64,000 nucleotides of DNA from Laetmonice hystrix. Its lineage: Eukaryota. Position numbers and translations under genes: made by a program. A model generated the notes under the pieces. The model did not search any database. It was not told where the DNA came from and worked only from the letters and a program-made list of their open reading frames with translations. Shown piece by piece: positions 1 to 13,744 of the stretch (its first letter is position 1; each line of letters starts with the position of its first letter). Location: contig OZ249445.1 of the NCBI GenBank assembly GCA_965235115.1, positions 19,158,001 through 19,222,000 of the forward strand. Direction: 5' to 3'.

Positions 1-3000
1 GTTGGTAGATCAGTATCGTTAATAACAAATGGGCAGAGTAGAGAAAGAACATCCACTTGTGTGTCGTTAAGTGACACTGGCTAAGTGAAATTCTGTCTGG
101 CATTTTGTTGACAACTTCCGAACTTGTCCTGCCCCTGTGTGAGTGTGTCCCCGCCTCTCACCGTACTCACGCCCGCACACTACCGTTTCCCCGTTCACTC
201 CCCTCCCCCAGGCTCTCGGCCTTTGCCTGACCAGGGGCAACGAGGACTGATATCCATGTCAGTGCTCCATTTCTTAGACATATCGTCCCCTCCCCATCGG
301 CATTCCAGAGTACGAGATATAGCTGGTGCTCAAACTCAAACGCTATCTTTTGAGTTCTGAAGATTCTCCTGTGTGACCTACATTGTCATTGTTGCGATTG
401 TATCGGGTAAGGCAAGTCATGACATGGCTGTGTTTGTGACCGTCATCTTCTTTTTGATATTCTCTATGCTTTTCTAAGTCACAGACCTGGTAAAATGCAG
501 CAGCCTATGCAGGACCGCCTACGCATACAGGCACTGTTTCCACTGTTTTAAATAGTAAAGAGTCGGTACCGGTAACTATTTCAAACACTGCATGTGCTGG
601 ACATTCTGAAGTTGTAATGAGCATGTGAAAAATATTAAAATGTAGATCTACCAAAAGTACAATATTTCCCACCTAACGGTGTAACAAAAATTCTACCCTA
701 AAATATTATGTTAGTTGTTACTCAATACTGTACATACACATGACGTTGAAAACATGACTATCAATATTTATGTATACGTAGGGATTCATACTTCTAGAAA
801 ATCTTGTTTTCACAATGTAGCCTAGTGACTGTGCAATTTAAATGCCCAAGATGTCTCGAGAACCCCCTTATGCTGCCCTTTCCATTTCTTGCCCCCATTG
901 CATTTCTAATCTCTTTTTTTTCAGATGAATTCCTATTTATATTGCAGTATTCCTATAAAACCCCAAAAAATCATTTTTCAACTAATCTTGGTTGACATAT
1001 GGTCTGAACAGGGGTCGAATGCCGTGACGCCCCCAGACTTTTGCTGAGATACCCTTAGATTATGCCTCTTTACAGCGGCATTGTGTTGCCATGTCCTTTT
1101 TCTCCTCTGCTGTGGGTGCGTGGGTGCTGATCACTGCTTGTGGACACCATACCGAGTCTTTGGCCAGAGAGCCAAACATAAAAACATCGACAGTCATTAC
1201 AAATGCTGTGGTACCCTCATAAATCAAAGACTATTCAAGGCAAAAATTGCTGTGCCCCTTGTATGAGGATTAAACAACAGATCATTTATGATTTCAAAAT
1301 GCAGAGTGAACACATTAAATTCTTAATAAGACTGTGGCCATCTTCACTGATAAACAAAATGGACCAAAAAGCTTGTTTAATGTCACAAAATGAAAACTGA
1401 CCAGGCGTTGGAAAGCCATCATAAATAAAAATGTGTCGGTTGGGTTTTTTTCTCATTTACACTCCTATATTTCTGTTGTGGTGCTTTTTTTGGTCATGTT
1501 CAATTTTGGTCATGAATCAAGGACACACCTGCCTTTTGTTTATTGAAAGTACAGGTTATAAGCCTTGTAACTCCATCAGTTTTTTTAGTGCTTTCCAAAC
1601 ATACTACATGCATGTGTAGTTCTCAAACGAGAATAAACAGAAAACCTGGTGGCATTTGTTGCACATCCACAGGTGGTACCAGAGTGAAAACCAGGTTACA
1701 GTTCGAGGCGCCACCTGGTGTTTTATAGGATAATTTGTATTAGTCACAAGGGGGCGCCACGGATGTCAGATGTGATTAGCTGAAATTCCCAGCTGACACC
1801 ACTGGAATCTTGTCAGATGAACAAGTCAGATTGAAAAAGCACCAGAAAGTTGTGATAAAAAAGTTTACCAAGTTAACTTAATATGGTAATGTGGCTCACA
1901 TCATACAGAAACCGTTTTTTGTTTTGTTTTGTTTTTCCTTTTTTGTCATTCAGACTCCCTAAGTATTGTGGCCCCTAATTCCTTTCACATAGATAAATTA
2001 ACTTCATTTCCATTTCGGTATGTGCGCTGACATAATTTCCTTTGTCCTGCTTTAAAGAACTTTATGACGCCAATTTAAATTTGGCCATAGTCTATAGCTC
2101 AGACCTGCTTCATTCAAAGAGAACAACCCCGTTTGATGTAAAATTCAATTTTTCAATTTAAAATTTTGACCTGGGCTACACCCTCAGGTATGGGCGGCAA
2201 CAACTTCCATTCACCGAAAATGGTTTTCTTTAATTTAATAGAAACAATGAGAGGTAATAAGGTAGTGGTGTGAAAAACTGTCCGACTAAACGCCCTTTGT
2301 GTCTTTTTTTTAAATATCCATTCAGCCTTTTTTGCGAAAGAGATGGCCTATGAGATGTCTCGTTTGAAATGGGAAGCTGTAAATCAAGGTGTGGACTTCC
2401 AGGTGGCTATAAGCAATAATGATATAATAAATTAGTCGGATATTGAATGTTTATGCTTATTTTATGGTTAAACGTCCTTCTTAGTTCACAAAGATATCGC
2501 CAGGGGTAGCTGTCCAATTTGGTTCAGGAAAACTGCTGCCAGGTGTGCTCAGCTAAGTGGAACGTCCTTTAAAACGGGCACTCCCCAAATGCGGACAGTT
2601 TTACATAGCAAGACAGGTGTCTGTAATGGGGACATTTTACTCTATTTATGTTATGGCTGGTTGCCTGGTAACTTGCCCATAGTAACGGTATATCTGTTAC
2701 TTTCATTGGTCATGTTATCAGTGACTTTTTGTCGAGACTGCTATACCCAGAGAGCCTGTTGGTGCAAGTGTGAACATTGATACTCAAGTCAAAGTCTTAA
2801 GTCAAAGTCAATGAATAGCAAAGTCAATGAATAGCAAAAAATTGTTGTGTGAAGAAATTCTGGAGGTGTATATTAACACAAAAATTTGATTCTGCCAGTT
2901 GAGACCAGCACACAAGTTGTGTTTTAAAATAACAAGTACTGTTACAAGTATTGTGAATGTTTATGCTTATTTATGGTTAAACATTAAAAGTAGATTAAGA

Positions 3001-4037
3001 TTTGGAAAACCTTGGATCTCAGGAAGCTTGCTTTCTGAAAATATCTTTTGATAGCTATGAAGTTCTTCATCTCTGACAACTTCCTAAACGGAAACAAGCC
3101 TAAACAAGGCCATGACACCAGGCTCAGTGTAGTGATGTCGAATTTCAATATTTACATTAGTAACCAATCAGTAAGGGCTGCAAGCATGTAGTGGAAGCTG
3201 TCACCGGTTAGTCACGCAGATCCTGGTTGCTGCTATCTGCCACTTGAGCGTCATCCTGTAGAGTAAATTTATCCTGGCCACGTTTTCTGGGGCAAGCTGG
3301 CTTTGCTGTCCCTTTTGTTGAGAGCCTTGTTGTACTGACCTGACATCATATATCATCAGCTCTGGTTGAGTGGGTGGTTCTTCAGGCATTTTTAAAAGGA
3401 GTCTCTCCATCAGTGAGTTGGTAGTATGTCGAGTGTAGTCCTTCATAGTGAATCACATTTTAGCCTGTCCGGCTACAGTCAACAGCATTCAATGTGTATT
3501 GAAAGGAATCATCTCACCCATGTATGTATTTATTATTATGATTGGGTCTCTGATTGTAGAGAATTTTGTTTGTGCTCCTGGTTTTTGTTACTAACCAGTG
3601 TCGGGCTGGGAGACATCAGTTAAAGTTATGTTTGACTTGTGTTGTATATGTAAAAATGATCTATTGAGATGAAGGGCATGTGTTATTTCATGTATATGTA
3701 AATTGTGAAATTAATCTCTCCTGTGAACTGAACTGAATCTGTTCATCAGCAATTCCAGTAAAGATGCAGGTATCTACTGGAGACAGTAATGTTGCCAGAT
3801 CACACACAGCTTTTTCTGGGACAGTTACATTTTTTGTGCTAAGGTTAACATTTCTGAAGTTATTTCAGTTCCCCATATCCCTGCCCAAACTATTGTAGCT
3901 CAACAAATTTCCGCTTGGAAGTGGAGACAGAAAGGGGAGTGTTAAGTAACTAGTGCACACGTTATTTACCAACAATTTCATTTCCTTTGTTTCAGAGCTG
4001 TGAACAGTATGGTTGTGGAAACCAGTTTAAGGTCGTG

Positions 4038-7000
4038 ATGGCAGAAAATCTGGTCACGTCATCCAATGGAATTGCCCCCCTCTTGCCTCCATGTCGGGTT
4101 TGTGGGGAGAAGGCCTCCGGATTCCACTATGGGGCAAATACATGTGAAGCATGCAAGGTAAGATCATAATGTTTGAATGTTGATAGTTATTGATAGCTTG
4201 AATCTGAAGAGGCATATTTGAAACTGAATGTTTTATATTAATGGTCTAAATTTCGTTTAAAGATATCAGGGGTAGATTTCGTGCATGATTTTTTAGGAGT
4301 CAGCAGGACTCCCAAGTTGCAAAATTTAGGAGTCTCCCAAAAAATGTGGGAGTCCAGTGGATGTAAAAAAAAGTTTGGCATAAACATTCAAGTAATCAAG
4401 CCACCACAGAGGGGGGGGGGGGGTCTGAGTGAAACATATCAGTATTGTGACCACTGCTGAGTACCAGATATTTGGTTCACCGAGACTGGGGGATGGTCAC
4501 CTAGTCGTCGGTTAAAACCTGCATCAATCTGTGTGTAAATATTTTTTGGGTCACTGTATTACTTGCTAATGACATTTTACCTACCAGAAAAATAGCACGA
4601 CACCAAGGTTTTAAAGGTTACCTTTTAAAAGGTAATACACCACTTAAACTAATGGTAAAATTGCTTGATTGTTTATGATCATTGTTACCTGAAAAGTCAA
4701 AGGTACCGAGGCAAGAATCACTTATAACTGCTTTAAAAGGTGTAAAATGCTCCAAAAATATTAAGGGTGTAAATTTCTCCAAGTCAAAGGGATGAATAGC
4801 TCTTTCTTAGAACAAGACAGTCCCACATTAAGACACACACATCCGACTGTAGTATCAAGTTCTTGCTGACAGCACTTCCGAGTACTAGCAGTACATGGTC
4901 TTCCGCCTACTCAGCCCAACAGAGGTGTATAGGAGATGCATCCTAGTTTCTCCCCTCTCATTAAACCTCGGAAGAACGCTTTCTGAACTTAATGACCCCA
5001 AGACAGAACTGGCACAGATGTAATTTAAGGAAATGTTTACATTGTTTCAATGGTGGCACACACATTGACGTAATCTTTGCTATGACTCACCAAGGCTTGG
5101 TCCGTCTTCCCTAAACAATGTCTGTTTCCATGGGAAAGCAGTCAGTTTGTCCATAGTCAGATCCGTTATCTGATGTGTTATGACTCTGTTTAAGAAAGTG
5201 GCAGTAAAAATTATCATGAGGGTATATTTAGAATTGTAAGTTATGACCCCTAATCAATGTTTACTGTGATGATATGAAGGGCCTGTAATTAAGATATAAG
5301 TTTGGTCTGGTGACCATAGACACGATGGCACAAATTGTTGCTTGAGTGACGGGAGGGCCATGACGCCATTTAGATTTCTCTGTAGGGTTAACACAGGTTT
5401 GGCAGACCAGATGCACTTCTCTTCAACAAAAATTCTTATGACTGAATTTGTTAAGTGGTCATAAGGTTAACATCCAGTATCCTTAACCAGTATGACTCAA
5501 GAAACCAGAAGTGTCTGACCTTTGGACTTTGACTCACTAATCCTGAAGATTCAAATATGCAACTACTGGGCTCTTTCAATGTGAAGGAATGGATTGCTGC
5601 GACCAAGTAATAGCTTTATTGTATGACCAAATGGGTAATCACTTCATGGGTTTATGGTGAAGGAAAAATTAAAATAGGGAAATGAGGACACTGATAGCCT
5701 GCTATCAGACTCTCCCACCCACACAGACAAGACATGCCCGAGTGATGATCAGTGCCTTAACTCTTAGTGTAAACAGGAGCTGGCCACCACACTGACAACA
5801 TGGGTGATAGATCAGCCCCTACAGTTCCATTCCATGACCATATCATTCCTTGATGTTATAACAGTCAGTTTATATTTGGATAAAATATTCACTGAATTGA
5901 TCCAGTAGGATTAACACGTAGTAAAGCACTCGTATTTGATGGAAAACATTCTTTTTGCATTATGTGCAAGTCTTGTGTGAAAGATACCGTCCATCCAACA
6001 AATTTGGTCTAAGAATTTTTAGAATGACCAACAAATTTCTAGAATGACCATTGTATCAGAACAACAAAAAGTGGTTTTATATGTATAAGGTTTTAGATAG
6101 ACCTCAACTAGCAGGAGCTAGGCCTAGAATGTGGTATTGTTCAGGAAAATTTTTTATGCTTCTTTACCTTACTATTGTACATTGCATTCTTCGAGTGACA
6201 TCTTTCACAAATAACCATTTGTCCATTTCAGGGTTTCTTCAGGCGCAGCCTGGCGAGAAAAGCAGACTACATGTGTGCAGCATTAGAAAACTGTGAAATA
6301 CAGCCGGGCAGGCGAAGTATATGTGCCTTCTGTCGCTACCAGAAATGTTTGGCAGTGGGCATGTCTAAAGAAGGTACATTGGTTAAATACCAATCCTGTG
6401 GCTATATACCATGTTCTTGTGTTTCCAATGGTAACTTCTAAAAATTAGATGACCAAATTCAAGAAGACCTTAAACTTAACACCTCCAGTTATATTTTTAA
6501 TTTTTATTCCTTATTTCCAGCAATAAAAACAGGTCGCTACACACATGAAAAGAAAACTCGAGACATAGAGGAAGTGAAACGGATACAGAGAAGAGAGGCG
6601 GTCCAGAATTCCAAACGTGGGGTCAAGAGTCCCGAAGAGAGGGAAGCAGAACTTGAAAAAATCATTAAACACATCACGGCTGCACACCTGCAGCAAACCC
6701 CTCACTCTCCAGACTTCTTCCAGAAACTCCCCGAACGCGAAGCAAAATATCTGGTACGTCACCAGAAATAATCCATGCTCTAATCCACTGGTGGGATATC
6801 TTGAACTTTTTTCAGTGGTGCAAGGGAGAAAATTTTGTGGGGGAAAAAGCTAACAGTTATATTATGGTTAAGAACCCTGTTACCATAATCTAGGCTCTCT
6901 CAAGAACTTGTAGAGTCTCTGAAGAATGTACACAGCACAGAACAGTAGCTTCACTTACAAATGTTCCCAAGGAATGACTAAAGTATTGGAACTCCTGGCA

Positions 7001-9915
7001 TCTATCTGAAGTTGCCTCGGGATATCTTTGGTTTAGCAGAAGTCATTGGTTACATGTGTTGCAGGAGAAGCGAGCCCTTCAGGAAAGGATGTTCGGCACG
7101 ATGAAGCCAATCCCAAGGGAAGAATACCAACAAATCTACCAGTCCACAGGCATTGACATCGATGGTCGGCGAGAGATGATTTCACAGATGATACCCTGTA
7201 TAGAAAAGGCCATCAAACGCTTCATTGCATTTGCCAAAGCATTGCCAGGATTTAAAGACCTTGCTATTGAAGACCAGATTGCACTCATTAAAGGTTAGTT
7301 CCATCACAGAGGGAGCAAGACAAAAGAAATAAATATATATCATTGGAAAAAGGAAAATGGAGGGTTGAAAGCCCGAAAGAGAAGGCAAAAAAGTATTCTT
7401 TGCCGACTTAGTGACAATTTTGATATAAGATCACATCATATAACCATGTGGTGCTCAAGACGCACTTCGCAGTTGCACTGTATAAGCAGTGGTGTTACAT
7501 ACCCTGGAATTGCATGCGCCCTGATTGCATGTGACGAATTAAGGTGCCTTAAGGCGCCCACCCATTAGTTTCATGGTAAAGTTCTCTGTCTGTCCTTGGT
7601 TGAATATATATTTTTTCCTGGGAACACTAAGAGCTTTACAATCAAAGAGGCCATGGGTGATTGGGAGTCTCAAAGGAGCTGGTAATCTACAGGTTTCGAA
7701 TAACTTGATTTTATCAGTTTGGTGCCAGTAATGGTTGATCTAGGATATACAGATAACCATGACAAATTCTTCAACCTAAAGGAATCTATCCATCCTGAAC
7801 TCTATTGCCACTCCATACTCTGATTCGCCAATTACCCACTGGCTCGTCTTAACCTGATGAATTCTTTGTAGGACAATCTTTAATAAGGCCCCCGCCCCTT
7901 CTCGAAAATTTACTCCATTGATGGTGACGAAAAAGGCAGACGTACAGTCACCTATGTAGGATGCATGGCGACCCATAAATAATGTGTTAAAACCAGATTT
8001 GGCCTTTTCCACAACGAAAGTGTGGCGGCTGCTGCTGCATCTAGTGCATTCGGTTATTTCAAAGCTTGGACGGCCATTGTAAGTGGAAGCTATGCATGGA
8101 GGCAATCAGAAAAACCGGTGAGCATTTTATCATAATAGCAAGCATGAAAGTATAGGGTTATTTGAGGATCTCGAGGCTTTCAGCACAACAAAACAATGTC
8201 AGCTGAGGATTTGCTTAAAATCGAATAAAAAATATCATCAGTTAACTTGTAGTAAGAAGTTAAAAAAGGGAATCTGTTCATTTCTCACACTTTGTTGATT
8301 TTGTATCTGACATGGTTTGGTTGTGCATTATTTTAAGGAAAAGTTTTAATCAAAACGTCTATCATCAGAGAACATAATAAATGGATAACAGTGGCCTTGA
8401 AATAACATAAATAACATAAACTAGATATGTTAGCGTCTAAAGAATTGCTATTTTGAGCACATTTATTTGGTCACTTGTAAATAGATAATCATGTGCTTAT
8501 TCTGTTAATACTGTAATAGGTATCTCAATCAGGGATTTCTATGTTGCGTTTTTAAATTCACAAAAGTTTTCTTTAATTGCTTACCATTAAAATTCTCTTC
8601 TAGTTTTATTTTATTTATTTATTTTTTATTGCCAGGGGGTGGGGGTGGGGGGGGGGGGTAAAAAGGATTACATGGTATCGGCAGATTATGCCTTTTAAAT
8701 CTGGGTAATTAGGACCGATATATAGTGAGATTGGCCTTCCAGCTTTGAAATACGGTACTAAATGCAATCGATTAACTTCGGCTTTTCATGCCTCTGCATG
8801 CTTTTCCCTCTTTTTTTAAACAATGCTTGAAAGGTATTCTCTAGTACTCCCACATTCCTTTACTTTACATTCCCATTAGTTAAGGTTCTAATTTTTAACC
8901 TATTTTGTGCCAGTTTGGTCCTTACTTAAAAGTTTTAAAATTAATTTAAAATTAAAATTAAGAGAGTCAACCCCTCAATGTTTCTTGAACATAACCAAGT
9001 TAGATTTACTCTAGCGTTAGCAATAATAGGTTCTCTTTGCCCCTACTGAAAAGTACTGAACATTTGATTTTGTTGCTATTTTTCAGCATCACGGTATGAC
9101 ATCTGGGTGCTCACCCACTTCAGGTCATTCAACGTCAAGGAACAGCTCTACTCGTCACTTGAGGACTCACCGAAGGAGACCATCAGCATTGATGAATGGT
9201 CGAGCATCATGAGTCTCGAGTATCTGATTGATCTGTTTCGATTGGTCAAAAAGGTGCAGCAGCTGCAGCTGGTAGAAGAGGAGGTGGCCTTGTTGAAAGC
9301 ATTTTGTATCTTCTCACCAGGTACCATCTTTCAAACATGATAGCTGAAGACGAGGGGGTCCGGGGTGGCGCAGTGGTTAGAGCATAGGATCTTGATTAAA
9401 CACCATTAAACACGAACTACTCACTCGCCCACACTCACCCACTCGCTCTCTCATTGAAGACGATAGCTTGAAATTATGTTTGTCTATTCGTGAACCTGGT
9501 ATCTTTGGACCACTGATATTTGACTTGGTTGAAATTATGGTTTAGGATGGAGGGATATGGCTACATCTCATGTGGAAATAGAAATGTTATTGTAGTTCAA
9601 TGTAAAGACCTGTAGGACTGGGTCAAAATGGAAAGAACTATGATTGAAGTGTTATTTCTTTCTTCAGATCGGTGTCAAACCAGTGAAGGGGCCAAAAAGG
9701 TTGAGTTGAAACAGAGCGAGATTATTGACTGCCTGGACTTGTTGTTCCGTCGGAACCACCCTAAACAACCAATGTTGGTGCCAAACACCATCCACATCCT
9801 CACACAGCTGCGCACATTGGAACACATTCAGAGGAAAGAAATTAGCCAAGCATTCAGTGACTTTGAGACGGTTGAATTCCCCACACTCTTTTTTGAACTG
9901 ATGAATGCGTTATGA
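4038..9915 (+). CDS. Nuclear receptor, NR1-like (invertebrate-expanded type); isoform using LBD cassette A, 401 aa, 6 exons
   Basis: Exons 4038-4157, 6232-6373, 6521-6753, 7065-7293, 9087-9320, 9668-9915, all GT-AG and phase-consistent (1206 nt). C4 zinc fingers [22 protein letters not shown]|GFFRRS...[17 protein letters not shown]; [15 protein letters not shown]; LBD signature [24 protein letters not shown]; AF-2-like PTLFFELM. The exon may start at acceptor 3996 in frame, so an upstream coding exon is possible. Confidence 0.92.
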
Positions 9916-10673
9916 AGGGCCTACAGATTTCTGCCGTAACTTTGATGTGGATAAATACAGGGAGAGCCAATGGGTTTGTAGGGGTATGAATTTGCAGCCA
10001 GTTGTGCCAAGAGGCAGTACACTGTCCCGGTAACTCCTGGAAGGAAGTCTAGATTTACAGCCAGATTTTTGTACCTAACTTAAGAAAAGGTGCTGTTGTA
10101 GTTGTCTTTAATTTGTAAGTGCTCTTCGTGTGTATTTCCTGCTTGTTCAACTGAATTTGCGATTATAAAAAAGATAGAATATTGTTAATTATTTCGGTAT
10201 TTTTCAAGCAATTATTGTAAATCAGAAAGGTGCTAAGCAGTGAGGCAAAACAGTGTAATAGGTCTACTATAGAATTGTTATCGCCTTCGGCACTTTATTA
10301 TCATTCCAGTCCGCTAGCCACAGTAATGTAACTATATATTTTTATTAAGGTTAGATAGAAAGACTCGTACGTATGACCAATGGTGCTTCTACTTGTATAA
10401 TGCCAAGATCAAAATAACTCCAGTGTATTCAGATATATTATATAATGAGATACCCACAGCTTGGCATTCTCACCACTTTCGGAGGTTGTTTTTTTACTTG
10501 TGTTTCAGCATTATGTATGATATCTTTGGAAGTCTTTATAAGACATCAGAGAACACAGAATGAAACCGGTATCTCTAAAAGTTTAGATTTATATGTCTAA
10601 GGCCCGGCCTTACTATGGGGAAGGCATGGCATTGCTATATTGTTTGGATATGACTCGATTTTGGGCATTATCC

Positions 10674-10978
10674 ATGTTGTTTTTGGGGGTGGGGGGAGTG
10701 ATCAGATGCCTCCAGAATGTTGTGTTTGGGTGGGGGTGGGGGAGTGGTCAGATGCCTCCAGAATGTTGTGTTTGGGTGGGGATGGGAGGAGGGATCAGAT
10801 GCCTCCAGAATGTTGTGTTTGGGTGGGGGTGGGGGAGGGATCAGATGCCTCCAGAATGTTGTGTTTGGGTGGGGGTGGGGGGAGTGATCAGATGCCTCCA
10901 GAATGTTGTGTTTGGGTGGGGGTGGGGGGAGTGATCAGATGCCTCCAGAATGTTGTGTTTGGGTGGGGGTGGGGGGAG
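10674..10978 (+). repeat. G-rich 46-47 bp minisatellite, ~6.5 copies
   Basis: Unit GATCAGATGCCTCCAGAATGTTGTGTTTGGGTGGGGGTGGGGGGAGT; CAGATGCC recurs at 10703, 10749, 10796, 10842, 10889, 10936. Confidence 0.95.
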
Positions 10979-12691
10979 ATTTGTTGAATGTCAAGCAAGA
11001 GAAAACTTGGCAGTATTTGATCTATTATTGATACAACCTACCTGATGCTACATGTACTTAATTTGACATCTGATTTGCACATCAGTCATTTACGAACCAG
11101 TGCGTTGATTATCTTTTATGAATTGTATTTGATGGTACATACCAAATCGTATCACACTTAACACTTTCCACTTTTATACGTAAACATAGGTAACACAAAA
11201 ATAGGTTTTCATTGTTGGTCATTTCTGATCCGTGATATAGAGGTGTAATCATGTGAGCCAGTGAGTCTGGAAAAGATTACCCGGTAATAGATTAAGAATC
11301 TGTAATTTTACACCTTGAATGTAACAGAGATTGCCTCCATTTACAGTATCAGTCCTACTTGTTTGCCAAAGATTATCATAAAGAATATTTAAAACAGTCC
11401 AATTTTCAAAAGCATTTGAAGTGACGATACAATAAATGTGGGTCATGTATATTTTTATAGCCATGTATTTTTACAAATAAATTGCATTGCCCAGCGTATG
11501 CTCAAAAAGTTGCAACGTTATTTAGTCTCTGTCAAACAGGCCTGCTCTATGTTTAGGAACCTTATGTTGCTGCATTTCGTTAGCTTGAGGAGAGACGGTT
11601 CCACCCTATGTAAAGGCTACAGTTGCTGGCAGGGCCTAACCCCCTTACTCTGTTACGTGCTTGCTCATTTTCCGCATCACTTGCGTTGATTCCATTCTGG
11701 CATGCAACTTTATTTGTAGCGGTACTTTAGGGTGTGGCTAGAGTAGGGCCAACACCTCGACAAGTATGGAAGTAATGCTTGGTTCTTGATGCTTGGATAG
11801 TGGGATCCAGGGTGAAAAGTGCAGAAGATTCATGTGGTTTTGTCTTGTGGTTATGGCTGGAATAGTATGGTAGAGTTGCTTGTCATTGCTCGTATTGGTG
11901 CCTCCTGGCAGGTTCAAGCACCCCCCCCCCCTCCTTATTCACTAAAGTAGAGACTGTGGACGAGCTTAGGTTCCCCCCCCCCGACCAATAGCTTGTAGCT
12001 ATGTCTGCTGTGATTCAGGGAAAACGCTCATCTCTTATTGAAACTTAATCAAAAAGTAACCAGAAGTAAAAGTAAAGTCGTTTCTCATCTTCATCACACA
12101 TGGACTGAATAGGTTGAAGTATAAATATTTTCGCCCTGAGGATGGCCAACAGTTGTCCGTTCACTCAATGTCAGGACACCGTGGGAAAGATGACCGGGTC
12201 ACCTACTTAAGGGATCCTCCCTCACACAGGTAGGGGTGCACAGTCTTGACCTTTAGCCTTGCACCAATACATGTACTGCCATTTAGTTTAGGATCTTCAT
12301 TTCTTTCTGAAACCAACAAACTTTTAAAAAACAGTAATACTAGACATACTATATAGCATCCTTTTCTACGCTTAGGCTCCCCTTGTCGACAAACTTAAGA
12401 ACCCGTAGGCACTATCTAAAGTACACCTAGTACACTGATGTGGGATGCCCCAAAGGGAATCTATGCTACACCTCGGTTTGTTGTAAGAAAAAATTTATTT
12501 TTGAACATGGGCATAAGGGAAAAACCAAAGTATATTTTGAAATTGAAGTGGTGTATTTTTTTCATTGCTTTGAAGACTAATCTGCTTCTATACACTTATG
12601 GCTAAATTGCTCGATGGTCTTGTTCTATTTGGTTCAAACTTTCTGGATCAGAAACATAAAAACATAGAAAAACAATTCCTGCTTGTTTAAA

Positions 12692-13117
12692 ACCCATCAT
12701 GATCATCTCTTGTTTCAGTGACTCCAAAATGAAGACGTTGGCTGTTGGGTTAGATAAGGGCTTAGACTACATAAATCTATACATATATACCAGCAGAAAT
12801 CGAGAAATCGAAAGAAATTCAATATTTCAGTTGCCCGTTGGCGCCATGAAGCGATCGTTTCATGGCTGGTTGTTGACCTGGTAGTGACTTGAGCAGCCAA
12901 TGAAATTCATCGGTTCGCCAATGAATCTTGGCTGTTAAAGCCATAAGCCGATCGCTTCATAGAGACAACAGGTAACTGGAGGAATGTGGAATTTCATTAG
13001 ATTTCTCCATTTCTGTGGGTGTACATTTATTCAATTATGTAGTCTAAGGCCTTATCTAACCTAAAAGCCAATGTTTTCATTTCGGAGTCATTGAAATGAG
13101 AGATAATCGTGACGGGC
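12692..13117. mobile_element. Foldback-type MITE (long imperfect inverted repeat)
   Basis: Left arm cccatcatgatcatctcttgtttcagtgactccaaaatg... matches the reverse complement of the right arm ...catttcggagtcattgaaatgagagataatcgtgacggg, with CpG-type decay. Confidence 0.75.
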
Positions 13118-13744
13118 TAAGGTTGTGTTAACGTTCCAATATAGGCCTACAATCATTAAATGAAGAATAAGAAAGCACTATAATAGCACTATAAGTATAT
13201 AATCCCTATTAGAACCTGATATTTGTTTAAAGCCTCAAGCAAAGTACCAGTACCGTTGCTTTATGACTGACAATGACTGCTTTGCTTTGTGATAATGCTT
13301 CCACCCCAGCTGCAATATCTTGGGTCTCCTCTTACCTCGCCCAGACCCATCCAATGCAAGGCAACTGCGAGTGCAGAGTGTTTCGGAAATGAAGGAAAAT
13401 TACTTTTTGATATAAAAAGTGACTTTAAATGCCAAGATGGTTTTCATTCAGTGGGAGGAGTTGGACTGCCGTCCTTCAAGTACCAGTAGTAGATTGTCAT
13501 ATTTATTTTTTTGCTTTTTAATAAAAATTAAAAGGTGGAGCTCCGTATGACATTTCGGGGTCTTTTTCTCCGTGATTAAATGTAGGTTTTTAGATTGGTT
13601 ATGCCGGTACCAGCAAAGGACAGTGTTTTATATATATTATAATTAAATACAGATTGTGTTAATTGGGTGAAGTACCTATTCTGTGCTTATTTCAAAGTTT
13701 TATTTATGCCTTTTATCCTAACGAGCAAATTTCTTATTTTTCAG

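Noticed and set aside
2343-2402. Possible upstream NR coding exon (MAYEMSRLKWEAVNQGVDFQ) in phase with the 3996 acceptor
   Set aside because: Weak donor and no homology support; left unresolved.
7776-8105. 109-aa antisense ORF in the NR intron with a CxxC motif
   Set aside because: No recognisable family or splice context; might be a decayed transposase fragment but cannot be supported without a database search.
9361-9385. tRNA-like A box (GGGGTGGCGCAGTGGTTAGAGC)
   Set aside because: No B box or cloverleaf; at most a truncated SINE head, not a tRNA gene.
10593-10987. Cys/Gly/Trp-rich repeat ORFs
   Set aside because: By-products of the 46-47 bp minisatellite.
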